Assembly: GCA_041752875.1 (NCBI GenBank)
Contig: JBGSVP010000001.1
Coordinates: 62,872 to 126,871 of the forward strand
Direction of reading: 5' to 3'
Source of the DNA: Candidatus Altimarinota bacterium
Lineage (GTDB): Bacteria; Patescibacteriota; Gracilibacteria; UBA1369
Length of the DNA: 64,000 bases
Each line of letters begins with the position of its first letter. Within the stretch, counting starts at the first letter, position 1. Both the position numbers and the translations under genes were made by a program. This document shows positions 27,949 through 37,467 of this stretch, in pieces. The notes under the pieces are model-generated. The model saw only the letters and a program-made list of their open reading frames with translations. It was not told where the DNA came from and ran no database searches.

Positions 27949-30004
27949 AATCGCAGCCCCAATACGCTTCCACCAAACGTTGTTCGGGCGCATTTTTTAA
28001 GAGTTTACACTTATCCTGATGAATACTCACCGCCTTACCTCTGGTAAGATAGCCGACAATAGATTGGCCCATCTTCGGCTTACAACATGCAGATAACTTA
28101 AACGGAAGGCCTCTAACTCCTGAAATAAAAATCTCTTCCTTACCGGTATTAACCAATCCGCCCGTAGGAACTATTTTTTTGTTCACCTTAGCCGCCAAAG
28201 CCACTTCTTTTTTGAGAGGCCGCCTCTCCCTATATAGGTTTTTCAGTACTGTGGAGGCGACAATCGCTTTCCTCCCTATATCTTCGACCAAAGTCACCCT
28301 TTCCTTATAGCTAAGCTGTCTTCCTCTGTACGTATGCAAAAACGAAAGATCCTCATCCAACAAAGGCTTGCCCTCTTTTTCCAACAGACGGTTAACCGTC
28401 TCCTTCCCTTCCCTGAAATTACTGCTCTGCTCCGGACCCTTCAGATAAGCGCGTATCCTGGATTTTGCCAGTGAAGTCTTAACAAAAGATAGCCAATGCG
28501 CCTTTGGTTCCGACCTACTGTTGGTAATTATTTCGACTATCTCTCCATTATGAAGTTCATGATCCATAGGCACAACCGAGCCGTTAACCTTGGCTACCTG
28601 ACAATGCTGACCAAGATCCGAATGGATAGAATAGGCAAAATCTATCGGCGTAGCCCCCTTCGGCAAATCCCTCACATCCCCGCCGGGAGTAAATACATAG
28701 ATCCTATCGTTAAAAAAATCGAACTTCAACGCCTTAACCACTGCACTGCCGCTCTTCAATTCCTTTTGAAGATTACTCAACTCTTCCACCCAGACATGGT
28801 AACTCTTCGAATTCCCGGTATCTGCCACGGACTGCTTAACCTTATCCGTATTTTTTATTTTCTTGGTATCGTCATAAAGCCAATGCGAAGCGATTCCGAA
28901 CTCCGACTGATAATGCATGGATTCATTTCTGATCTGTATTTCAGTCGCATGAAAACCACCGCGGGATAACCCCACCACAGCCGTATGCAGACTTTGATAA
29001 CCATTAGGCTTCGGTACCGCAACATAATCCTTAAAGCGATTAGTCAAAGGAGTCCATTTCGAATGTATAAGACCAAGGACAGCATATAACTGGTCGTTAA
29101 CGAGCTGCCCCTTGGTATATCTGTTAGCCAAAATAACCCTCATCGCAAAAATATCGTACAAATCGTTTATGGAAGCATGGCTCTTTAGTTTCAGCTTACG
29201 GTAGATACTGTATAGATTTTTTATACGACCTTCGACTCTGGCATCAATACCATTTTTCTTCAATAAAGACTCCAGCTCATCCCTGACATCTATTATATCT
29301 TTTCCCATCTTCTCCATATACTCATCCAACTGCGACTTAACGTTTTCGTAATATTGCGGATAGAGATACTTGAAAGCTATGTCTTCCAACTGAACCTTCA
29401 ACTTATAGATACCAAGCCTTGAAGCGACAGCGGCATATATATCCATAGTTTCCCGCGCCAAAAGTTTCCGTTCTTCCACATCCGTCTTATCCGCAACCAT
29501 AAGATTATGAAGACGATCCGACATCTTTATAAGGACAACCCTGACATCCTTAGCCATTGCCAGAAACATCTTCCTGAAACTCTCCAGCTCCGATTTCTGA
29601 TCGGAAGATTTGATACGCCTTAGCAAATTCACCGATTCCACCATCGAACAAACATCATCGCCAAAAAGAGCCCTTACCTCATCCGGTTTATAGTCCGGAC
29701 TTTTCGGAGCATCATGCAATAACGCGGCGATTATCGTCTTATCGTCAGGATGTAAAGGAATCAATATCTTCAAAACCCCCAATACATGGTCCATAACGGT
29801 ATCTCCGGTCTTTCTGATTCTTCCGCCACAGACCTTCTCCATATATTCATAAGCCAAACTAACCATGGCTTCATCCAAATCGGGCCTGGAATCAATTGCT
29901 TCCTGTAATATGGTCTTAAAGTCAGCCATCTCGACTTGATTTTCCAAAAATCCGCCACAAAGAATAACATCATTAAGCCAATAATGCAAAGCCGAAGCCT
30001 TCAT
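27923..30004 (-). CDS. RelA/SpoT homologue (long RSH; synthetase domain intact, hydrolase ED diad absent)
   Basis: HD domain (LLHDAPKS, DRLHNL). Synthetase motifs (RIKNLYSIYRKL, FKDYVAVPKPNGYQSLHTAV, EIQIRN, ASHWLY). TGS (FTPGGDVRDLPKGATPIDFAYSIHSDLG) and an ACT-like C-terminus. A more likely start is the ATG at 29929 (MADFKTIL). Confidence 0.9.
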   Translation of the reverse strand: MKASALHYWLNDVILCGGFLENQVEMADFKTILQEAIDSRPDLDEAMVSLAYEYMEKVCGGRIRKTGDTVMDHVLGVLKILIPLHPDDKTIIAALLHDAPKSPDYKPDEVRALFGDDVCSMVESVNLLRRIKSSDQKSELESFRKMFLAMAKDVRVVLIKMSDRLHNLMVADKTDVEERKLLARETMDIYAAVASRLGIYKLKVQLEDIAFKYLYPQYYENVKSQLDEYMEKMGKDIIDVRDELESLLKKNGIDARVEGRIKNLYSIYRKLKLKSHASINDLYDIFAMRVILANRYTKGQLVNDQLYAVLGLIHSKWTPLTNRFKDYVAVPKPNGYQSLHTAVVGLSRGGFHATEIQIRNESMHYQSEFGIASHWLYDDTKKIKNTDKVKQSVADTGNSKSYHVWVEELSNLQKELKSGSAVVKALKFDFFNDRIYVFTPGGDVRDLPKGATPIDFAYSIHSDLGQHCQVAKVNGSVVPMDHELHNGEIVEIITNSRSEPKAHWLSFVKTSLAKSRIRAYLKGPEQSSNFREGKETVNRLLEKEGKPLLDEDLSFLHTYRGRQLSYKERVTLVEDIGRKAIVASTVLKNLYRERRPLKKEVALAAKVNKKIVPTGGLVNTGKEEIFISGVRGLPFKLSACCKPKMGQSIVGYLTRGKAVSIHQDKCKLLKNAPEQRLVEAYWGCDFKKQRIQT

Positions 30005-30009
30005 GTCAG

Positions 30010-31617
30010 CTAGTTCTTTACTGCCTGCGGCTGGATAATTACATCGACACCGCTCCCCGGAACATCGACAACCCTTATTCCGTTTATCAAAGCCTCCTGA
30101 TTCTGTTCAACAGCAGATATTCTCTTATCCAATTTGGACAACGCGTTCTCGTAATATGCGGCAAGCTGGTCCAAAGCTCCCAACCTTGCCTTTAAGGCAG
30201 CCTGCTTTTGCACCACATCAACGAAACCCTTCAGAAGAACATCACTCTTTTCCGGCTGAAGCTCACTCATCGCCGTGAAAAAATCACCCTCATATTTGGT
30301 TTTGTCAGGAGTCAGACTGTCATAGGATAATTTGATATCGTCGATGTTTACCTTAATACTTCTGTACATCTCCAGGCTCTTTTCACGCGCCGCCTTAAGG
30401 TCAGCAAGGTAAGCGAGCAATGCCGAATCCCTTTTTAAAGTCATATCGAGCATAGCATATACATCCACCTTATAACGGTTCTGCAAAGCGGCCAGATTTT
30501 CCATATACTTCACGAATTCATTGATATCTTTGGCCTGATCCATCAATTCACCGAAATATGAAGCCGCAGTTATGCCGGTTTCCCCTTTGACTTGTGGCTC
30601 CATCAACCTCCCAAAGTAATCCGCGACTATAATCTGATTGGGGGTGTAATCTTTAACCGAACCAAAATTAGCCGCAAACAGATTTGCCGTGTTAATACCG
30701 AACATCCGCTGGTCGTTCTCACTGACATGGACCTCAATGATTTCTTCTTTCTTAGGCACAAACAAAGCCATGACCCCGTTATATGTATTATTCATCAATC
30801 CCGAATACACAAAAAAGTAACCGCCACCTACAACTAATCCTACAAAGATAAGCATAAACAGATACCTTAACCTGAACCCTCTAAAAACTCTCACCAAAAA
30901 TCCACCCATAAAAACCGCCGCCCCGGGAATACCGGACAGCAAAGACTTAACGAAAAAGAGCAATCTATCCCCAAAATCCGCCACATTCAATCCGTTTTTT
31001 ACTTTTTCCGGCTCATCACTTTTAACTTCCTCCGCCTCTATAACCTCCGGTTCATCGGGCTTAGATACCTGAACTTCTTCCACAATCGATTCATCATCAC
31101 TATTCTTATCTGTATTTTCTTCCTCCACCGGAATATTTTCTGGTTCTAAAGCCAATTTTTCATCATCACCATCCATCGCATCCTCCTCTTCGTGCAAAGA
31201 TGAAACACCCGAATTTTTAGCCGACAAATCGGCAGGGTCGAGTATAGACACCGACTGATTATCGGTTTTCTGATAAATAACGGTGTTTTGCGTATCCAAA
31301 GATTCGATATTCGATTCTTCAACAGCAAAATCAGGTTGTGAAGACGCATCTTCCGGCTTAACTTTAGAGGTATTCTCTTGAGAAATAACGTTTTCCATCG
31401 GGATTATCGGAACTTTACTTTCCGCAGACAAACCAACCTCACCTGCAGATATATTCGGCTGTCCGATTTTCCCGGCGATAACAGCATTATTTTTCCTTCG
31501 TCTTCTTCGAGGTCTCCTCCTTTTTACCGGAATACCCGCCTGCGCCGAAGAAACCTGCCCCGTCTGGCCTTGATTTTGGACTACCGAGCTGTTTTTTCCG
31601 ACATCCTGTTCAGGCAT
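30010..31617 (-). CDS. hypothetical membrane protein with an Arg-rich/acidic disordered N-terminus
   Basis: 535 aa. RRRPRRRRRK is followed by a long Asp/Glu-rich stretch, then a hydrophobic region (AAVFMGGFLV...LFMLIFVGLVVGGGYFFVY), then a roughly 270-aa C-terminal domain. It ends 5 nt upstream of the RSH gene. Confidence 0.7.
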   Translation of the reverse strand: MPEQDVGKNSSVVQNQGQTGQVSSAQAGIPVKRRRPRRRRRKNNAVIAGKIGQPNISAGEVGLSAESKVPIIPMENVISQENTSKVKPEDASSQPDFAVEESNIESLDTQNTVIYQKTDNQSVSILDPADLSAKNSGVSSLHEEEDAMDGDDEKLALEPENIPVEEENTDKNSDDESIVEEVQVSKPDEPEVIEAEEVKSDEPEKVKNGLNVADFGDRLLFFVKSLLSGIPGAAVFMGGFLVRVFRGFRLRYLFMLIFVGLVVGGGYFFVYSGLMNNTYNGVMALFVPKKEEIIEVHVSENDQRMFGINTANLFAANFGSVKDYTPNQIIVADYFGRLMEPQVKGETGITAASYFGELMDQAKDINEFVKYMENLAALQNRYKVDVYAMLDMTLKRDSALLAYLADLKAAREKSLEMYRSIKVNIDDIKLSYDSLTPDKTKYEGDFFTAMSELQPEKSDVLLKGFVDVVQKQAALKARLGALDQLAAYYENALSKLDKRISAVEQNQEALINGIRVVDVPGSGVDVIIQPQAVKN

Positions 31618-31647
31618 AATTCTCCTTTATAAATCCATATATTATAG

Positions 31648-31684
31648 CAAAAAAAAGGCTGTCTGGGAACTACCGGACAACCTT
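31648..31684 (-). terminator. intrinsic terminator after the His-rich Yip1-like gene
   Basis: Minus strand: aggttgtc, a 12-nt loop, gacagcct (one G-U pair), then T8. It lies about 25 nt after the stop at 31708. Confidence 0.55.
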
Positions 31685-31707
31685 TCCTCAATTATTGACA
31701 AGTCAGA

Positions 31708-32541
31708 TTATTTTGTCAAAGACACACCTCCCGCACCAAGTCCCATCTGATTAGCCGAAATTGCCGTACCAAGACCAAATCCTGCCAAAGCAAAGCCAAG
31801 AACCACGATGGCTACTATGGTAACGATGATAGTCAAAACCGCATTAGTCGAATCCAGGCCAAAAACGGTTTTGAGCGTCAGATATTCGACAACCAGCACC
31901 CATACTCCGACAATCAATCCTATCAATGGAGCAAAAGGAGGAAGTAATACACCGACGACAGATAACACATATACAAGATAAGCCAACCCCATTACTCTAA
32001 AAAATTCGGAAAAAGTTCCCTTTCCGTTAAATACCTTTGTAGCAACCAGTGTTGTTATATATAAAGCAACTGCCGCTACTACTACCCCCACAATCATACT
32101 CGTTATAGTTCCGCCAATAGACGGCCAGATTCTCATGTTCAAAAACTGCATTCCAAATATCTGATAAGCCAGCGGACTAGCAACTACACCAAAGACCAGA
32201 TATAAAAGAGCAAGCATATTGAACTTCTCTGATTTTGCGGCAACCTCTATTGCCGGCTGTTTCAACTGCAATATATCAAAAGTAACATTTAATCCTGCTT
32301 TATAATCGAGATCTTTCGGATCAAACTTTGGCAATTCCATTTCTTTTCCCAGATTCAGATTAAACCCGTTACCCGCAGAATGGGCGGCATGATGGACAGT
32401 GTGATGTTCGGCAGTTGTACCCTCTTTATGGGCATGATGTTCAGTATGAGCAGCTTCATGTGCATGAGCAGCTTCATGTGGATGAGTATGCGGATGCGGA
32501 TGAGTATGACTAGCTTGATGTTCAGGCCGTTCTTCTATCAT
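31708..32541 (-). CDS. His-rich N-terminal tail fused to a Yip1-like five-TM membrane domain
   Basis: The N-terminus HQASHTHPHPHTHPHEAAHAHEAAHTEHHAHKEGTTAEHHTVHHAAH has 20 His in about 50 aa. The C-terminal half has about 5 TM helices in a Yip1-domain-like layout. Confidence 0.65.
   Translation of the reverse strand: MIEERPEHQASHTHPHPHTHPHEAAHAHEAAHTEHHAHKEGTTAEHHTVHHAAHSAGNGFNLNLGKEMELPKFDPKDLDYKAGLNVTFDILQLKQPAIEVAAKSEKFNMLALLYLVFGVVASPLAYQIFGMQFLNMRIWPSIGGTITSMIVGVVVAAVALYITTLVATKVFNGKGTFSEFFRVMGLAYLVYVLSVVGVLLPPFAPLIGLIVGVWVLVVEYLTLKTVFGLDSTNAVLTIIVTIVAIVVLGFALAGFGLGTAISANQMGLGAGGVSLTK
32446..32517. repeat. four 18-nt periodic units (atgag...) encoding the His-rich hexapeptide repeats
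   Basis: Units are atgagcagcttcatgtgc, atgagcagcttcatgtgg, atgagtatgcggatgcgg and atgagtatgactagcttg. Units 1 and 2 differ at one base. Confidence 0.7.
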
Positions 32542-32765
32542 TTTTAAGGTTAAGTTAAAAAATAATTTCGTTCGATTTAAACCCCTGATTTTTTACATTA
32601 TATGGAACATATAACACTAAAATCAACTTTTAGAAACAAACGACATTATGAAACAACAAATAGCAATAAAATCAAACGGAACTATGTAAAATATATTCAA
32701 AAAAAATGGCTTTTGTCTATAATAAAACCCAAGTCGAAACACATTATTTCTTAATAAAAAACACA

Positions 32766-34838
32766 ATGAATGTACCGCTTATTGCGATAGGCGTAAGTCT
32801 TATAGCCTTGATGTACGCAGTATATCTGACTATCTCAATCCTGAAGATGAAGACAGGATCAGACAAGATGGTCGAAATCGCGAAAGCCATCCAGGAAGGC
32901 GCGACCGCATATCTGAACAGACAATCGATGACAATCGGATTTTTCACCGTAGTATTGTTTTTGATATTGGCGTTTGCCCTGCCCAAAGGCTTATATAACA
33001 ATGGCCTGCTAACGGCAATCGGCTTCTTTGTAGGTGCAGGATTTTCAGTCCTCGCCGGATACATAGGAATGAACGTATCCGTAAGGGCAAATGTCCGAAC
33101 CGCCGAAGCCGCAAAACACAGCCTTCAGTCAGCACTGTCCGTAGCCTTCAAGGGAGGATCTGTTACCGGCCTTGCCGTAGTCGGTCTGGCCCTTTTCGGA
33201 GTCAGCGCATTCTACCTTATATTTACAGGCGCGCTAAACATCCCGTCAGATGAAGCACCTAAGTTGCTCATCGGTTTCGGTTTCGGCGCATCGCTTGTTT
33301 CTTTGTTTGCACGTGTAGGCGGCGGAATATTCACAAAAGCCGCTGACGTGGGAGCCGACCTTGTGGGTAAAATAGAGCAGAACATTCCGGAAGACGACCC
33401 GAGAAACCCGGCTGTAATAGCAGACAATGTTGGTGACAACGTAGGCGACTGCGCAGGCATGGGAGCCGACTTGTTCGAGACATATGCTGTGACTCTTATC
33501 GCAGCCATGATTCTGGCCGCATCGACACTTACCGGGATGATTGGAAAATTGGGTATCGAATATCCTCTGATATTAGGTTCCATATCGATAATTTCGACTA
33601 TCATAGGAACTTTCTTCGTTAAACTGGATAAATCCAAAAAGATAATGAGGGCCCTATATAAAGGAATGGTAATCACCGGTCTTTTATCCGCCCTAGGATT
33701 TTATTTCGCAAACAGATATTTCATCGGAGACGTTTACATCTATTTCGCGGCACTTGTCGGTTTGGGTGTAACCGTATTCATCACATTGATTACCGAATAT
33801 TACACGGCCAAAGAATATGCTCCGGTCCAAAAAATAGCCAAGGCTTCCCAGACAGGCGCAGGAACAAACATAATCACCGGACTTGCTGTAGGGTTGGAAA
33901 GCACTTTCCTTCCTGTAGTACTTATAGTTGTAAGCATATTTCTTGCTTACTATTTTGGAGAAACATCTACTCTTAATAACGGTATTTTCGGCATCGCCAT
34001 AGCTGCCGTAGCCATGCTTTCCACAACAGGTATGGTTATCGCCACCGACTCTTACGGGCCTATAACCGACAATGCTGGAGGAATCGCCGAAATGGCTCAA
34101 CTGCCGGAAGATGTCCGCCAAAACACCGATGCTCTCGATTCGGTGGGCAACACGACAAAAGCTGTCACAAAAGGTTATGCCATAAGCTCCGCAGCACTGG
34201 CGTCCCTGGTACTCTTTCAGGCATATACGGAAGAGCTTTCTGTTGGAGCAAAAGGCCAGAATTTCATATTTGACCTTACGGATTATCGTGTCCTAATCGG
34301 TCTATTCATCGGAGGACTCCTACCTTTCCTGTTTGCCTCATCATGCATGGAATCGGTAGGAAAAACAGCCTTTAAAGTAGTTGAAGAAGTAAGACATCAG
34401 TTTAAGACCAAGAAAGGCATCATGTCCGGCAAAGACAAGCCAGATTACGCAAAATGCGTGGACATAGTAACAAAATCGGCACTTAAAGAAATGGTGTTCC
34501 CCGGACTTCTTGCGGTACTTGCTCCAATCATCGTGGGTTTCCTTCTTGGACCTTTAAGCCTTGGAGGTTTACTTGTAGGTGTAATCGTGACAGGATTCCT
34601 CTTGGCATTACAGATGTGCACCGGCGGCGGAGCATGGGATAACGCGAAAAAATATATCGAAGACGGAAAATTCGGAGGAAAAGGATCTGATGCCCACAAG
34701 GCCGCCATTGTCGGAGACACCGTAGGTGACCCCTTCAAAGACACAGCCGGACCGGCCATCAACAGTCTCATCAAGGTAATAAACACAGTATCTCTCATCA
34801 TCGCAGGCGTATTGGCCTCACTAACAGTCATTAACTAA
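32766..34838 (+). CDS. hppA: membrane-bound ion-translocating pyrophosphatase (V-PPase)
   Basis: Signature [45 protein letters not shown], plus DNAGGIAEM and [22 protein letters not shown]. The track ORF starts at 32706. A TATAAT at 32718-32723 lies inside that extension, and canonical V-PPases begin near MNVPLIAIG, so I favour 32766. Confidence 0.93.
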   Translation: MNVPLIAIGVSLIALMYAVYLTISILKMKTGSDKMVEIAKAIQEGATAYLNRQSMTIGFFTVVLFLILAFALPKGLYNNGLLTAIGFFVGAGFSVLAGYIGMNVSVRANVRTAEAAKHSLQSALSVAFKGGSVTGLAVVGLALFGVSAFYLIFTGALNIPSDEAPKLLIGFGFGASLVSLFARVGGGIFTKAADVGADLVGKIEQNIPEDDPRNPAVIADNVGDNVGDCAGMGADLFETYAVTLIAAMILAASTLTGMIGKLGIEYPLILGSISIISTIIGTFFVKLDKSKKIMRALYKGMVITGLLSALGFYFANRYFIGDVYIYFAALVGLGVTVFITLITEYYTAKEYAPVQKIAKASQTGAGTNIITGLAVGLESTFLPVVLIVVSIFLAYYFGETSTLNNGIFGIAIAAVAMLSTTGMVIATDSYGPITDNAGGIAEMAQLPEDVRQNTDALDSVGNTTKAVTKGYAISSAALASLVLFQAYTEELSVGAKGQNFIFDLTDYRVLIGLFIGGLLPFLFASSCMESVGKTAFKVVEEVRHQFKTKKGIMSGKDKPDYAKCVDIVTKSALKEMVFPGLLAVLAPIIVGFLLGPLSLGGLLVGVIVTGFLLALQMCTGGGAWDNAKKYIEDGKFGGKGSDAHKAAIVGDTVGDPFKDTAGPAINSLIKVINTVSLIIAGVLASLTVIN

Positions 34839-34847
34839 AGAACAGAT

Positions 34848-34880
34848 AAAAGGCCTCCGGACAAAAAACGGAGGCCTTTT
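34848..34880 (+). terminator. intrinsic terminator after hppA
   Basis: Perfect 12-bp stem aaaaggcctccg / cggaggcctttt with a 9-nt loop, ending in T4. It starts 10 nt after the hppA stop. Confidence 0.7.
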
Positions 34881-34915
34881 AAGTTAATAAAATCAATTAA
34901 TACAAAATCTAAGAC

Positions 34916-35194
34916 ATGAATAAAATCCCCTCCTCTGAAAAATCAGAAATGAACGTAAAGGTAATCGCAATTGAAAACGACCGCTTAATCCTTGAGTCTA
35001 TGGATGACGGACAAAGGATATATTGGCCGATGTCGAAAATTATGGGAAAGATTGTGATAGGATCAAAAATAACCTTAAACCTTAAAACCACCGAAGACAC
35101 AGAAAATAACATTACACAAATAACAGATAAGATGGAATCCGGTGAGACTAAATATAATGACATGCACAAAATACTGGAACAACTTATAAACTAG
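34916..35194 (+). CDS. small hypothetical protein (possibly DUF3006-like)
   Basis: 92 aa, flanked by terminators on both sides. VIAIENDRLILESMDDGQRIYWPMSKI...GSKITLNL loosely resembles the DUF3006 pattern. The start may be the internal Met (MNVKV). Confidence 0.5.
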   Translation: MNKIPSSEKSEMNVKVIAIENDRLILESMDDGQRIYWPMSKIMGKIVIGSKITLNLKTTEDTENNITQITDKMESGETKYNDMHKILEQLIN

Positions 35195-35230
35195 AAAAGC
35201 TGAACCTAAAGTATCCCTCCTCGCTTTAAA

Positions 35231-35261
35231 AAAAAACCCCGTTATCATAAACGGGGTTTTT
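35231..35261. terminator. bidirectional intrinsic terminator between convergent genes
   Basis: A6-ccccgtt-atcata-aacgggg-T5, so there is a U-run on both strands. It lies between the 92-aa ORF (+) and the L25 gene (-). Confidence 0.65.
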
Positions 35262-35286
35262 AAAATTCAAATTAACATTTCCCGAA

Positions 35287-35940
35287 CTAAGCTTTCTTAC
35301 CCTCCTTAACTTCAGCGGCAGGAGCAGCGGCAACTTCACCGGCAACAGGAACAGCAACAGCCTCTTCGACTTTCGGAGCCTCTTCTTCTACCTTCTGTGC
35401 GGAAACTGTGAATACTACATCATCAGGATCGTCCAAAACAGTTACTCCCTTAGGTATGGATATATCCTTAACATGTATCGGATGGGCGAAATCAACTATA
35501 GAAGTCAAATCCGCTTCAATAATATGAGGCAAATCCATAGGAAGACACTTCAACTTCAACTCATGCTTTACCGTAGTAAGTATACCTCCAAAATCCTTTA
35601 CGGCAGGAGCGATACCCACACCTTCCACAGGAACATGTGTAATAATTTCTTCTTTAAGATTAATATTCTTAAAATCAACATGCCTTATAAGACCGGTCAT
35701 GGGTTCAAACTGAACTTCCTGTACCAGTACCTTATATTTCTTACCGTCAACATTAAGATCCATAAGCTGACTGTATCCGCCCTTTATAAAAGCTTTTCTG
35801 AAAGGCTGATATTCCATCTGCAAAGACATAGGCTCTTTACCCTTACCATAATAAACCGCCGGGATTATTTTCTGCGCGCGCAAATTCTTGGCTAAAACAT
35901 TTGTGTCACGCAATTTTGCATCGATTTGAAGCGTTTCCAT
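35287..35940 (-). CDS. rplY: 50S ribosomal protein L25 / general stress protein Ctc (long form)
   Basis: LQIDAKLRD...LRAQKIIPAVYYGKGKEPMSLQMEY...QEVQFEPMTGLIRHVDF is the typical L25/Ctc pattern. Ala/Glu/Val-rich C-terminal tail. Confidence 0.9.
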   Translation of the reverse strand: METLQIDAKLRDTNVLAKNLRAQKIIPAVYYGKGKEPMSLQMEYQPFRKAFIKGGYSQLMDLNVDGKKYKVLVQEVQFEPMTGLIRHVDFKNINLKEEIITHVPVEGVGIAPAVKDFGGILTTVKHELKLKCLPMDLPHIIEADLTSIVDFAHPIHVKDISIPKGVTVLDDPDDVVFTVSAQKVEEEAPKVEEAVAVPVAGEVAAAPAAEVKEGKKA

Positions 35941-36014
35941 AATATATAAAAAGAAAAATTGCAGTGAAAGTTTACATAAAAGCCAAGTTTAGCGCAATAT
36001 CATTTTTTATTGGA

Positions 36015-36043
36015 TTGACTCTAATCATCGTCACCCCTAAAAT
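36015..36043 (+). promoter_or_regulatory. predicted sigma-70 promoter of ybaB-mltG
   Basis: TTGACT (36015-36020), 17-nt spacer, TAAAAT (36038-36043). The -10 ends 27 nt before the ATG at 36071. Confidence 0.5.
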
Positions 36044-36070
36044 CTTTACTACCATAACAAAAAAATCACC

Positions 36071-36364
36071 ATGTTCGACAAGATAAAGGATATGTATGCC
36101 TTTCAAAAACAGGCTAAACAGATTAAGAAAGAACTAAACAACATCCACATCGAAGCTGAAGTGGAAGGAATAACTGTAATTATAAACGGAGAACAAGAAG
36201 TAATTAATGTCAACATCCCCGCTGAAGAACATTCTAACCCCAAAAAACTCGAAGAAAACCTAGTGAAGGCTTTCAACAAGGCAGTAAAGAAATCTCAACA
36301 GATAGCCGCCGAAAAAATGAAGGGGGTTATGGGAGACATGGGACTACCAAACATGGGTAAATAA
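36071..36364 (+). CDS. ybaB: nucleoid-associated protein YbaB/EbfC
   Basis: 97 aa. MFDKIKDMYAFQKQAKQIKKELNNIHIEAEVEGITVIINGEQEVINVNI is the typical YbaB/EbfC pattern. Confidence 0.9.
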   Translation: MFDKIKDMYAFQKQAKQIKKELNNIHIEAEVEGITVIINGEQEVINVNIPAEEHSNPKKLEENLVKAFNKAVKKSQQIAAEKMKGVMGDMGLPNMGK

Positions 36365-36376
36365 CATTCCGCACAA

Positions 36377-37429
36377 ATGGTATTCCATCGTCATCGCATC
36401 TTAAAGGCAAAACGGCAAAAAAAAGGTATCCTTATAGTTATTGGGATAATTATCCTGTCTTTTATCTGGTATCTATATGAAAACCAACGCTACGAACACC
36501 TTATAACTACAGCTGTCGACCCCAATGACACAACCAAGACATCTTTTGTCATAAACAAAGGTGAAACTGTAGCTGAAATAAGCAAAAGATTGATACAAAA
36601 AGGACTTATCATCGATAGCGGAACATTCAATCGATACCTGAAATCAGAAAATCTGGACAGAAAGATAGTAGCCGGTCGCTTCCTGCTTCAGAAATCACAA
36701 ACAATTACCGAAATCGCGTCATCTCTTACCGAAAAGGAAAATTCACAAACGGTATTAACCATTACCGAAGGATCCAAAATAGACGATATCGATAAAAAAA
36801 TCACAGCACTTGGACTTACTGAATCCGGAACATTCATCAAGGCAGTAGAAAACTTCGACAAGTACGAAAAATATCCTTTTTTAGATAAAGAAAAGCAAAA
36901 AGACCTTTATAGGCCACTCGAAGGATTCCTTTTCCCTGACACATATTATGTGGACCCATTAAATTTCCGTTGCGAAGACCTAATCCAAATGATGCTAAAT
37001 AATTTCGGAAAAAAAATAGACTCATTAAAGTTCGATAACGACAAATATAGCCTCTTCGAATACATAGTAATGGCTTCCATTGTAGAAAAAGAGGTTCGTA
37101 CCGCGAAAGATCTCCCTATTGTCGCAGGGATACTATGGAAAAGGCTTGAAAACAATTGGCAAATTGGAGCCGATGCCACTCTTCTGTACAAAAAGAGCGA
37201 CAACAAGATATATTACGCAGATTTGCAAAAAGATTCGCCGTACAACACAAGAAAAAGGACAGGACTTCCCCCCGGCCCCATCTGCAATCCCGGATTGAAC
37301 ACCATTTCCGCCACCACCAACCCTCAAAAAAGCCCTTACTTCTTCTACCTGACAAAACCTGAAAATGGAGAAGTGGTCTATGCGATAACAAACGAAGAAC
37401 ACAACATAAACAAGACAAAATACCTTTAA
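36377..37429 (+). CDS. mltG: endolytic murein transglycosylase MltG (YceG family)
   Basis: N-terminal TM anchor, a LysM-like segment, LEGFLFPDTYYV, ASIVEKE, and YNTRKRTGLPPGPICNPG. Confidence 0.9.
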   Translation: MVFHRHRILKAKRQKKGILIVIGIIILSFIWYLYENQRYEHLITTAVDPNDTTKTSFVINKGETVAEISKRLIQKGLIIDSGTFNRYLKSENLDRKIVAGRFLLQKSQTITEIASSLTEKENSQTVLTITEGSKIDDIDKKITALGLTESGTFIKAVENFDKYEKYPFLDKEKQKDLYRPLEGFLFPDTYYVDPLNFRCEDLIQMMLNNFGKKIDSLKFDNDKYSLFEYIVMASIVEKEVRTAKDLPIVAGILWKRLENNWQIGADATLLYKKSDNKIYYADLQKDSPYNTRKRTGLPPGPICNPGLNTISATTNPQKSPYFFYLTKPENGEVVYAITNEEHNINKTKYL

Positions 37430-37467
37430 GGAATCTTTCAGAACAATTTTTGTTGTGTGGACTGCTG

